From an uncultured Candidatus Rokubacteria bacterium (GTDB lineage: Bacteria > Methylomirabilota > Methylomirabilia > Rokubacteriales > CSP1-6), in contig CAVXJS010000015.1 in assembly GCA_963762145.1 (NCBI GenBank), positions 224,001-288,000 of the forward strand: a DNA stretch of 64,000 nt, in the 5' to 3' direction. How positions within the stretch are numbered: the first letter of the stretch is position 1; every line of letters begins with the position of its first letter. The notes beneath the pieces are model-generated. The model was given only the letters and a program-made list of their open reading frames with translations, did no database searches and was not told where the DNA came from. The translations under genes and the position numbers were made by a program. Of the stretch, positions 1 to 7,951 are shown piece by piece.

Positions 1-2
1 GC

Positions 3-581
3 GATGTAGCGTGGGCGGCGATCCGGGAGCGCGTACTGCGCCACCTCCGCGCCTATCTGCGCGGCCGGGGCCGACCGCTCGCCGATGACGACCTCGAGGC
101 GCTGGCCGAGGATGCCGTTCAGGACACCCTGTTGACGGTTCGAGCCAAGCTCGACACGTTCAGGAACGACAGCCGATTCACGACGTGGGTCCACCGTATT
201 GGCGTCAACGCCCTGCTCGGGCAACTGCGTCAGCGACGCTGGAAGTTGCGGTCGCCGGGAACGGCGAGCGACACCGTCCCCGACTCTCTGACCGAAGAGG
301 GCGTGCCGGCTCCCGAGCGGGCCGCCCTGCAGCAGGAGTTGTGGACGCTCGTCAGGCAGCTGATCGAGGTGGAGCTGACGCCGCATCAGCGAACCATCCT
401 GGTCGCCCATGTCTTTCACCAGCAGCCGCTAGATCTCCTGGCGGCAGAGCTCGGCACCTCGAGGGATGCGGTGTACAAGGCGATTCACGATGCGCGGCGA
501 AAGCTGCGTGCGGCGCTCCTCGCGCGGGGTGTCACCGTGGCGGAGGTGCTCGGGGTCTTCGGGAAGGGATCACGGCCGTGA
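3..581 (+). CDS. ECF-type RNA polymerase sigma-70 factor (5' end outside window)
   Basis: Frame open from base 3; region 2 motif ALAEDAVQDTLL..LDTFRNDSRFTTW and region 4 HTH LDLLAAELGTSRDAVYKAIHDARRKLR. Confidence 0.9.
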   Translation, partial: DVAWAAIRERVLRHLRAYLRGRGRPLADDDLEALAEDAVQDTLLTVRAKLDTFRNDSRFTTWVHRIGVNALLGQLRQRRWKLRSPGTASDTVPDSLTEEGVPAPERAALQQELWTLVRQLIEVELTPHQRTILVAHVFHQQPLDLLAAELGTSRDAVYKAIHDARRKLRAALLARGVTVAEVLGVFGKGSRP

Positions 582-823
582 ATCACGCCCAGTTCTTGGA
601 GCTCCTCCGAGCCATTTTCGAGACCAGGGACGACGAGATCGTCTGCTCCGAGTTCTTCGAGCTGCTCCCGCAATACGTCGACCTCGTCCTGGCGACCGCT
701 GACGCCTCACGGCTCGGCGAGCCCGCCACAGTCCTGCCACAGGTCGCCCATCATATCCTCCAGTGCTCGGAGTGCGCCGAAGCGTACGAGGCGCTGCTCG
801 AGATCGAACGGTCCTCGCGGTAA
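578..823 (+). CDS. Small soluble zinc-binding anti-sigma-like protein (ZAS/zf-HC2), 81 aa
   Basis: GTG overlaps sigma stop (GTGA); EIVCSEFFELLPQYVD plus HHILQCSEC (Hx3Cx2C). Confidence 0.8.
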   Translation: MNHAQFLELLRAIFETRDDEIVCSEFFELLPQYVDLVLATADASRLGEPATVLPQVAHHILQCSECAEAYEALLEIERSSR

Positions 824-938
824 GATTCCCGCGCGCTCCTGCATCTAACGTGTAGCAGGAGGCGTAGGGAGGCCGTCAACCAGCCGTACGGTCCCGCGCT
901 CACGTGTGCCCATAGAAGCTCGTGAGGAGACACCGTTT

Positions 939-2297
939 ATGAAAGACACCGGGCGTATTGTGGGTATCTCTGTTCTGGCGCTCGTCGTCGGCGTAGCGTG
1001 CATGCAGCAGTCGACGCGAGCTCCCGAGATGAGCGGGGGGCCCGACGCGGAGGAAGGATTCGACAGGACGATCGGCGCGCACGCACGACAACTCATGGAC
1101 GAGGGACGAACGACCTTTCGCAATGACACGTTCGGGAGCGAGGGGTTCTGGGGCGGCGCAGTCCAGCTCCACCGCGCGATCGCGGGTGAGAAGAACGGCG
1201 GTGTCGGTCCGGGGCTCTCACCTAAACAGGCTCTTGCCCTGGGCCTAAAAGTGGATGCCTCCGCGCTTCCGGCCGCCCTCGCGGAGGCACTCAAGACGCG
1301 AAAGGTCGATCTCGACGATCCCGCGAGCACCATTGCCTTGCTGAAGGCCAACGTGGTCGTGGGTGTCACCGGCTTCTTCGATTCCCAGGGGCGGATCATG
1401 TCGGTCGGCATCCAGTGCGCCCTCTGCCATTCGACCGTCGACGACGGGTTCGCGCCGGGCATCGGCCGTCGGCTCGATGGCTGGCCCAACCGCGATCTCG
1501 ACATCGGCGCCATCGTGGCCCTCTCACCCACCCTGAAGCCCTACACCGATCTGCTCGGCTCGGACGACGCTACGGTGCGCAAGGTGCTGAGGAGCTGGGG
1601 GCCGGGGAAGTTCGATGCTCAGCTCACCTTGGATGGCAAGGCGTTCCGGCCGGACGGCAAGTCGGCCGCCACGTTGAATCCCGCGGCCTTCGGGCTGGCC
1701 GGCGTGAACCAGCACACGTGGACCGGCTCATGGGGCTCGGTCACGTATTGGAACGCGTTCGTGGCGAATCTCGAGATGCATGGCAAGGGCAACTTCTTCG
1801 ACCCACGATTGAGCAACAAGGAGCAGTATCCGGTTGCGGCGCGGGCTAACCTCGGGAACGTCCGAGCGTCGGAGGATCGGATCACCCCGAAGCTTGCCGC
1901 GCTTCACTTCTATCAACTGGCCATCCCGGTCCCCAAACCCCCGGAGGGAAGCTTCGACAGGGCGAGCGCAGATCGCGGGCGCGCCGTCTTCAATGGAAAG
2001 TCAAAGTGCGCCGTCTGCCATGTGCCCCCCATCTTCACCGAGCCGGGCTGGAACCTTCACAAGCCCGAGGAGATCGGCATCGACTCCTTTCAGGCCGATC
2101 GCGCCCCTGATCGAGCGTACCGGACGACGCCCCTGCGGGCGCTCTGGGACACCAAGAAGATCCACAAGGGTGGGTTCTATCACGACGGTCGCTTCGCCAC
2201 CCTGCAGGACGTGGTGGATCACTACAACACGTTCATGAAGCTTGGCTTGACCACCGCCGAGACCCGAGATCTCATCGAGTACCTGAAATCCCTATGA
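939..2297 (+). CDS. Dihaem cytochrome c lipoprotein (cytochrome c peroxidase-like C-terminal module)
   Basis: RBS GAGGAGA; signal peptide ending VVGVAC; two haem motifs CALCH and CAVCH; C-terminal YRTTPLRAL..FYHDGRFATLQDVVDHY. Confidence 0.85.
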   Translation: MKDTGRIVGISVLALVVGVACMQQSTRAPEMSGGPDAEEGFDRTIGAHARQLMDEGRTTFRNDTFGSEGFWGGAVQLHRAIAGEKNGGVGPGLSPKQALALGLKVDASALPAALAEALKTRKVDLDDPASTIALLKANVVVGVTGFFDSQGRIMSVGIQCALCHSTVDDGFAPGIGRRLDGWPNRDLDIGAIVALSPTLKPYTDLLGSDDATVRKVLRSWGPGKFDAQLTLDGKAFRPDGKSAATLNPAAFGLAGVNQHTWTGSWGSVTYWNAFVANLEMHGKGNFFDPRLSNKEQYPVAARANLGNVRASEDRITPKLAALHFYQLAIPVPKPPEGSFDRASADRGRAVFNGKSKCAVCHVPPIFTEPGWNLHKPEEIGIDSFQADRAPDRAYRTTPLRALWDTKKIHKGGFYHDGRFATLQDVVDHYNTFMKLGLTTAETRDLIEYLKSL

Positions 2298-2300
2298 GGG

Positions 2301-2342
2301 CCCCCGTCGCTGCTGCAGCGGGCGGAACAGGCGATTGAATAA
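2301..2342 (+). repeat. Orphan 42-bp copy of ABC substrate-binding-protein gene tail (PPSLLQRAEQAIE*)
   Basis: cccccgtcgctgctgcagcgggcggaacaggcgattgaataa matches 29420-29461 and 30394-30435. Confidence 0.85.
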
Positions 2343-2366
2343 GGCTTCTTCCGGCACTGGCCCTCG

Positions 2367-2585
2367 CTACATCCAACCGGGAGACTGGTACTCACAGTAA
2401 CCATCGAGTATGTTCGGGCGCCACCACCCCCCTTGTCGCTCGCAAGTGGCCCTGAGCTCTTCCGGCGTATACAGCGGCGGGCGCGGGGTGCCGCCGCAGC
2501 CAACCAGGACGGCCACGGCCAAACCGACAAGGAGAGCCCGGCTCCACGCCATCGTCGGCATCACGCGAACTAACTGACGGCCCAC
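2367..2585 (-). CDS. Small lipoprotein, hypothetical (start may be a downstream ATG)
   Basis: Lipobox VLVGC; Cys pair in TCERQGGWW..GYCEY. Confidence 0.65.
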   Translation of the reverse strand: MGRQLVRVMPTMAWSRALLVGLAVAVLVGCGGTPRPPLYTPEELRATCERQGGWWRPNILDGYCEYQSPGWM

Positions 2586-2695
2586 ATTTCTAATCTTACG
2601 GTGGGGGTCAACACCCCCGAATGCGACTTCTTTGGAGGTGAGTCGAGGCGGGCTCTACAAGGCGTAGTCGTTAGAACAACCAGCCGTCGTGGCTC

Positions 2696-2923
2696 TCAGA
2701 CGCAGCGGTTGCGACTCCTAATCACGTCACCAAGTGTCTTCGATGATGTCACATCTCCAACACATGCGATGTTGGTGCTAATACCACGGGTGATGTGGTC
2801 CATAAGCGTTGGTGACAACCACAGCACCGCCCAGATGGTCAGCGCGACCAGAGCGACGAGGAGGATATTGAAGACGTCCGTCGCCTCTCGTTTCAAGTAT
2901 TCGCGCCAGGTAATGGAGAGCAT
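2696..2923 (-). CDS. Hypothetical single-pass membrane protein
   Basis: ATG 7 nt after the upstream stop; one hydrophobic segment; no clear RBS. Confidence 0.35.
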   Translation of the reverse strand: MLSITWREYLKREATDVFNILLVALVALTIWAVLWLSPTLMDHITRGISTNIACVGDVTSSKTLGDVIRSRNRCV

Positions 2924-2930
2924 GGTGGAA

Positions 2931-3224
2931 CTACTGGCCGGGGTTGCCCGAGTAGATCGACATAAATCGCTTGTACTCCGACTCTAGGGTGTTCTTGCCG
3001 TGTGCTTGGAGCGTGGCTTTGATCCATGTCGCTCGAGACCCCGGTTCCTCCATACATGCTAGGTAGAATCGCATCAGGCCCTCCGGCCCGCCATTTCGCA
3101 GGGCCGTCTCGGCGTCTTCCAATAGCGTCCAATCCCGGATCAAGCCTCGGCCACCCTCAACGATATTCTCGATCACGGCCATCATCTCCGCTTCTCGTGC
3201 CGTCTGCGTTACCTCCTCGTTCAT
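2931..3224 (-). CDS. Hypothetical protein, 97 aa
   Basis: RBS GGGGGAG before ATG; protein-like composition; co-oriented behind the response regulator. Confidence 0.65.
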   Translation of the reverse strand: MNEEVTQTAREAEMMAVIENIVEGGRGLIRDWTLLEDAETALRNGGPEGLMRFYLACMEEPGSRATWIKATLQAHGKNTLESEYKRFMSIYSGNPGQ

Positions 3225-3245
3225 CGCACTCCCCCACGCCTCTGT

Positions 3246-3638
3246 TCAGCGAAAAGCAGCATGTCGACCTCGCCCGATCATCCGGTCCACCAGCTGACGG
3301 AGTTGGTGCATGGTGAAGGGCTTCCCCAGAACCGGTGCGCCCGTCTCTCTGAGGAAGACTCCGAACTGAGGATCGTGTGCCTGCCCGGTGATGAACGCGA
3401 TGCGTTTCAGGGCTTGCGGATGATCACGCCGGACGTGCTCGTAGAGCGCTTGACCATCCAATTCTGGCATGCGCATATCGGACAAGATTAGATCGAACGG
3501 ATTGCGGCCGATGCGGTCGAGCCCATCTTTGCCGTCCTGGGCGGTCTGTACGTCATGGCCATCCATGACGAGGATGTCCGCGATGGTCTGTCGGATCTCA
3601 GGCTGGTCATCGATGACCAGGATGCGCGACCGTCCCAT
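3246..3638 (-). CDS. Single-domain response regulator (receiver)
   Basis: ILVIDD, DLILSDMRMPELDG, FITG, KPF motifs; RBS GGAGG. Confidence 0.93.
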   Translation of the reverse strand: MGRSRILVIDDQPEIRQTIADILVMDGHDVQTAQDGKDGLDRIGRNPFDLILSDMRMPELDGQALYEHVRRDHPQALKRIAFITGQAHDPQFGVFLRETGAPVLGKPFTMHQLRQLVDRMIGRGRHAAFR

Positions 3639-4025
3639 CGCCTACCTCCGCCGTTTCAGAGTCATATCCGTATCCTTCATGTCAACACGATCAGCGTCAG
3701 ACGTTGCCTATCCCCGATCAATCGGACGATCAGGCGGCAGCTACGAACGTCATGCATGGGGTTTAACCGGGTCGATTGGACTTGATAGCTGCGCATCGTC
3801 GCATGGGTGAGCAACAGTGGGGCCAGGGCAAAAGCGACTTCGAAGACGGGCTTATAGGCAGTTTTCGGGTAGATGCTTTACGCACCTGTGAAGTTATTCC
3901 TCGATGCGAACTGACACGAAATGTCGCAACTTGAAAGAAGAGTTGCCCACAGCAGTCAAGAGACGTGGAACTCTAGCCCGTTCCCAGCGGGCGGCGGTAG
4001 GCTTTGCACCCAGGGTGTGCAGCGA

Positions 4026-4841
4026 CTACTTGCGCCTGTGCCGTCTCCAGTGAGCAGCGAACCCCAGCCCCGCCATCGTGGTGCCCCAGAGGAGGAGTGT
4101 AGTGGGCTCGGGAATAGGCGCGATGCCGAGGTCCGAACCGAGACTAATTCTGTCACCCGTCCCTAATCCGCCGCCGCCCGTCGCCATCGCCTCGAGGAAT
4201 TCGATCCGCAATGCGCCTTGCAGCGCCCACGGCGGGCCGTTGGCCTTCTGGACGGGACCGTCATGATGGTCGAACGGCGCGACATTGTCTCCCCCTGAGA
4301 GGGAGACCAGAGGAGCGTTGATATTGGCAACCCCGCCGATCACCTCTGCGTTGATACGACCCTCAAACTGCCTGATCGATATGCCGCCGATGACCGCGGG
4401 ATGTACCGGGTTGTCAAAGACGCCCTTGATGCCGTCCTGTGCATTCACGGGCGCGGCGGGATCAGAAAAGGTGTGTCGAAAGTCTATTGCGAACAGGTGG
4501 TCGATCGCGCCGGCCTTCCGGTCGATCACCAGATCCAGGAGCGTCAATCGGTGAGTGACCGGCGGCACGAGCGTGCCTGCATCCGCAAAGTCCGCGGTTA
4601 CGATTCCCCTGACCCTGTAACCCGGGACCGCAAAGCCCCGCGTGGGGTCATCACTGTCGAACTGGATGATATGCTGCCCGTTGTTCAGATCCTGACCGGC
4701 CCCCGCGCCGACACGATCGCCAATCACTGTCCCGTCGATCGATATCTGCACCGCCAGAACGTCACCCGGCCACATCAGCACCGACGAAGCGCCGAGCAAT
4801 AAAGCCATCACGACGCAGTAGTGTAAGCCCCGCGGAATCAT
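4026..4841 (-). CDS. PEP-CTERM sorting-domain surface protein
   Basis: Signal peptide after RBS GGAGG; C-terminus PIPEPTTLLLWGTTMAGLGFAAHWRRHRRK (PEP, TM helix, basic tail). Confidence 0.88.
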   Translation of the reverse strand: MIPRGLHYCVVMALLLGASSVLMWPGDVLAVQISIDGTVIGDRVGAGAGQDLNNGQHIIQFDSDDPTRGFAVPGYRVRGIVTADFADAGTLVPPVTHRLTLLDLVIDRKAGAIDHLFAIDFRHTFSDPAAPVNAQDGIKGVFDNPVHPAVIGGISIRQFEGRINAEVIGGVANINAPLVSLSGGDNVAPFDHHDGPVQKANGPPWALQGALRIEFLEAMATGGGGLGTGDRISLGSDLGIAPIPEPTTLLLWGTTMAGLGFAAHWRRHRRK

Positions 4842-5099
4842 AGGGTCCTCCGTTCGAGTGAGGGTCTCGGAGGTCGAGGCAGTAAGCACGAATTCATGAT
4901 CATAGTAGTAGCACTCGCTGATGCGGTGCCCGTTGCGAGCGCGAAGCAAAGGGCGCGAATCTCATGCCCCCTCCATCCGCCACTGGCGGGACGCCTTCCC
5001 CCTGAGGGCCGAACGGTGGTGCGGTAGAAACAACCAGGACTCTGGTACTGTCTCCCAGATAATGTCAACGCTGCCGTAGCCCAGCGCGTCAACGCTATG

Positions 5100-5252
5100 T
5101 TAGTCTCCTGCCCCATGCCAGCAATCCTTGCCGCCTGGTGGCAATCGTCGCTCAGGTGGAAGAGTCACCACGGGTATCTCACGTCCGCACGTCGGACATG
5201 GACGCTTGGCGTGGGGCTAGCCGCGCTCGTCTAGCCAGGTGGGCGGGTTCAA
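5100..5252 (-). pseudogene. Disrupted small CxxC protein
   Basis: TTG overlaps the upstream stop; reads NPPTWLDERG*PHAKRPCPTCGREIPVVTL with an internal TAG. Confidence 0.4.
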
Positions 5253-5515
5253 GCGGACTTGCCCTCTTCGCGCTTTCGCACGTCAAGCCCAGCCAACTCC
5301 TGGCGGAGCGCGCGCGCCACGGCCACGTCATGGCTCTCCGCATGCTCCAGGAGAGAACGCGCCTTCGCCTCTGGCCAATCCAACTCGTAGCCATGGTCAA
5401 GTTGGGCCGTCCGCTCTCGGTCCTCAAGTAGTGTTCCGAGTGCTGGTGGCAAGGCCTCATGCGATAGCAGCGCCTGCCAGTCCGCGAACGTCAGCGGGCA
5501 CGTCACGTCAGCCAT
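5249..5515 (-). CDS. Hypothetical protein, 88 aa, downstream of rtcB
   Basis: RBS GGGAGG; 15 nt after the rtcB stop. Confidence 0.7.
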   Translation of the reverse strand: MADVTCPLTFADWQALLSHEALPPALGTLLEDRERTAQLDHGYELDWPEAKARSLLEHAESHDVAVARALRQELAGLDVRKREEGKSA

Positions 5516-5530
5516 ACACGCCTCCCGAGG

Positions 5531-6727
5531 TCAGCCCTTCACGCAGACGACTTGCTTGAGGGTCGCCACGACCTCGACCAGGTCGGCTTGCGCGGCCATG
5601 ACGGCGGCGATGTCCTTGTACGCGCCTGGACTCTCGTCGAGCACCCCCGCGTCCTTCCGGCACTCCACGCCAGCCGTGGCAGCCGCGTGGTCGGCCAGGC
5701 TCAGCTCGCGCTTGGCGCGGCCGCGGCTCAGGCGACGGCCGGCTCCATGGGAGCAGGACTCGTAGGAGGCTGGCGCGCCCCGGCCGGCCACGATGAAGCT
5801 CTGCGCCCCCATGCTGCCGGGGATGATGCCGAGTTCCCCCTGCCGGGCGGAGACCGCTCCCTTGCGCGTCACGTAGAGCCCGGCCTCGCGCTCCTCGACG
5901 TAGTTGTGGTGGCAATTGACGGCGTGCGCTCGGCCTTGGATGGGCCGGCCGAGCGTGGCCGCGATCGCATCGAGGACGATGCGCATCATTACCGCGCGGT
6001 TCGTCTGAGCGTAGCGCTGCGCCCAGAGGACGGCGCGCCGGTAGTCGTCGAAGAGCACGGTGCCATCGTCGAGCCAGCCCAGGTCCCGGTCCGGCAGGGT
6101 GCGGTGCTGCTTCAGGGCGTACGTGCGCGCCTGCTCGATGAAATAGGTCCCGATGCGGTTCCCAGGGCCGCGCGAGCCCGAGTGCAGCATCACCCAGACG
6201 TTCTGCCGGGTGTCCACGCAGATCTCGATGAAATGATTGCCCGTGCCCAGCGTGCCGAGCTGCGCCTCCTGCACCCCTTCGAGCTTTGGGTAGCGTGCGA
6301 CGATCTCCGCCCATTCCGCCGCGAGCGTGGCCCAGTGCTGGCCAACCACGCGCGTCGGTTCGTAGCCGGCCTGGGACCACGAGCCTCTGATGCCAGGCCC
6401 GCCATGCGGGACGGCCGCCTCGATGGCCCGGCGCAGCGCGGGCAGCTTGCCATCCAGCGCACTCGCTGGCAGCTCAAGCTCCTGCGCGATCATGCCGCAC
6501 CCAATGTCGACGCCGACCAAGGCCGGAACAATGGCCGATCGCGTGGCAATCACGCCACCGACCGGCCCGCCCTTGCCCCAGTGTCCGTCCGGCATGAGAC
6601 AGACGGCTTCCGTCACCGGCAGCTGGGCGACATTCCGTACCTGCTGCAAGACCTCCGGCTCCATCGGAGAGCCCGCCGGTTCCCAGAGGCGAATCGGGGC
6701 CTTTCCTTGCTCGATCAACTCCCGCAT
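5531..6727 (-). CDS. rtcB: RtcB-family RNA ligase (3'-phosphate/5'-OH)
   Basis: MPDGH, VGVDIGCG, GTLGTGNHFIE, HSGSRG, HHNY, TRKGA, PGSMG, SHGAGR, ESPGAYKDI motifs all intact. Confidence 0.97.
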   Translation of the reverse strand: MRELIEQGKAPIRLWEPAGSPMEPEVLQQVRNVAQLPVTEAVCLMPDGHWGKGGPVGGVIATRSAIVPALVGVDIGCGMIAQELELPASALDGKLPALRRAIEAAVPHGGPGIRGSWSQAGYEPTRVVGQHWATLAAEWAEIVARYPKLEGVQEAQLGTLGTGNHFIEICVDTRQNVWVMLHSGSRGPGNRIGTYFIEQARTYALKQHRTLPDRDLGWLDDGTVLFDDYRRAVLWAQRYAQTNRAVMMRIVLDAIAATLGRPIQGRAHAVNCHHNYVEEREAGLYVTRKGAVSARQGELGIIPGSMGAQSFIVAGRGAPASYESCSHGAGRRLSRGRAKRELSLADHAAATAGVECRKDAGVLDESPGAYKDIAAVMAAQADLVEVVATLKQVVCVKG

Positions 6728-6769
6728 AGCGGAGAAGGGTAGCACTGCGAGGGGGGCGCGAGGCGATCG

Positions 6770-7162
6770 CTACGGATGCTCATGCTCCGCACTCGCACCA
6801 CCCTGGGCCTCGGGGCTGGGCTTCCAACACCACTCGGCGAGCCAGAGCACTCCCAGGAAGATGGAGAACCACAGAATCCATGCCGCCATCAAATGGGTCC
6901 ACCCCCACCTGAATGCGTACCAATACGCGATGGCCAGGAACAGACAGAGCAACAGCGCGGAGAACGTATAGGCCGCCCAACCCGCCACGCGGCGCCAACG
7001 CGGCAAGGGGGCCTCCATGGGCAGCATGCGCCACCTGCCTTCTAGCCTGTGGCTCGGATTCAAAAATTCGACCTGTGCCCACAGGTATCCCACTCGGTAG
7101 GCAATGGCCGCCACGATGATGAGAATGAAGACGACCAGAACCACCACTCCGGCGCCGTCCAT
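6770..7162 (-). CDS. Hypothetical membrane protein (3 predicted TM)
   Basis: RBS GGAGG; three hydrophobic segments. Confidence 0.6.
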   Translation of the reverse strand: MDGAGVVVLVVFILIIVAAIAYRVGYLWAQVEFLNPSHRLEGRWRMLPMEAPLPRWRRVAGWAAYTFSALLLCLFLAIAYWYAFRWGWTHLMAAWILWFSIFLGVLWLAEWCWKPSPEAQGGASAEHEHP

Positions 7163-7211
7163 CTGCCCTCCTACTTCAGGTACTCCGCCAGCCGCTCCTG
7201 TTCCTTCCGCA

Positions 7212-7382
7212 TCACTGGACTTCTCCACGCTCGATCCGGCCCCGAAGCGCCTCGAGCTCCTCATCCCTCACGATGAGCAAGGCCAGCGAAGCCTCGGCTC
7301 GCTCCTCCCAGGTCATCTCACCGACGGCGGCACGCCAGAGATCGAGCGCCCGGAGCAGCGTCTCCTGCTCGCGCACTGTCAT
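7212..7382 (-). CDS. Hypothetical protein, 56 aa (MTVREQETLL...)
   Basis: ATGA overlap with the upstream ORF; helical composition. Confidence 0.55.
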   Translation of the reverse strand: MTVREQETLLRALDLWRAAVGEMTWEERAEASLALLIVRDEELEALRGRIERGEVQ

Positions 7383-7576
7383 CGCCGCGCGGGCGTCAGG
7401 CACAGGTTCCGACCGAGCTGCCGCGCCATGATCGGCCGCCAGCGCAGGTCGGCGGCCTCGTGCTCGTTTCCCTCGATGCGCTGGTCGAGGGCGTGGAGAC
7501 CATGGCCCACGGCCCGGACGGCCAGCTCCGCCGTGTGGGCCGAGACCAGGAGTTGTGCCAGGCCCGATTCGCCCAT
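7379..7576 (-). CDS. Hypothetical protein, 65 aa
   Basis: RBS AGGAGGAG; stop overlaps the next start. Confidence 0.6.
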   Translation of the reverse strand: MGESGLAQLLVSAHTAELAVRAVGHGLHALDQRIEGNEHEAADLRWRPIMARQLGRNLCLTPARR

Positions 7577-7638
7577 TCGTCTCCTCCTGTCGTCTCGCCC
7601 CGTGGGTGTCAGCGCACCACGGGGGCTTCTTGCTTCTC

Positions 7639-7860
7639 CTAGGCGCTCGATGGCGGCGTCGCGATCTGGCCGGAGGTCGGATCACCTCCATAGATCCCCA
7701 TCGTCAGAACTTGTCTGTCCACCGGATTCAGCGTCTTGCGAGGGCGCGGACGCCTCGGCGGCTTCTTCCTGGTCGGTTTCCGGCGCGCCACAGGCTTCCT
7801 CTTGGCGGCCGTTCGCTTGACCTTCGTCTTGGCTGCTCGCGCCCTCTTCTTCCGCGCCAT
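7639..7860 (-). CDS. Small Lys/Arg-rich histone H1-like protein, 73 aa
   Basis: RBS AGGAGG; MARKKRARAAKTKVKRTAAKRKPVARRKPTRKKPPRRPRPRK. Confidence 0.65.
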   Translation of the reverse strand: MARKKRARAAKTKVKRTAAKRKPVARRKPTRKKPPRRPRPRKTLNPVDRQVLTMGIYGGDPTSGQIATPPSSA

Positions 7861-7951
7861 GATTGCCCCTCCTTCTAGACCAGCGCAACCTGGATTCGCG
7901 CAATGGAAGGCCCCCATTCTCCAGCCGTCCGAGCGTGTGTCGCGTGAGCCG

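Noticed and set aside
5100-7860. Intact prophage
   Set aside because: No integrase, terminase, capsid or tail genes; at most a remnant.
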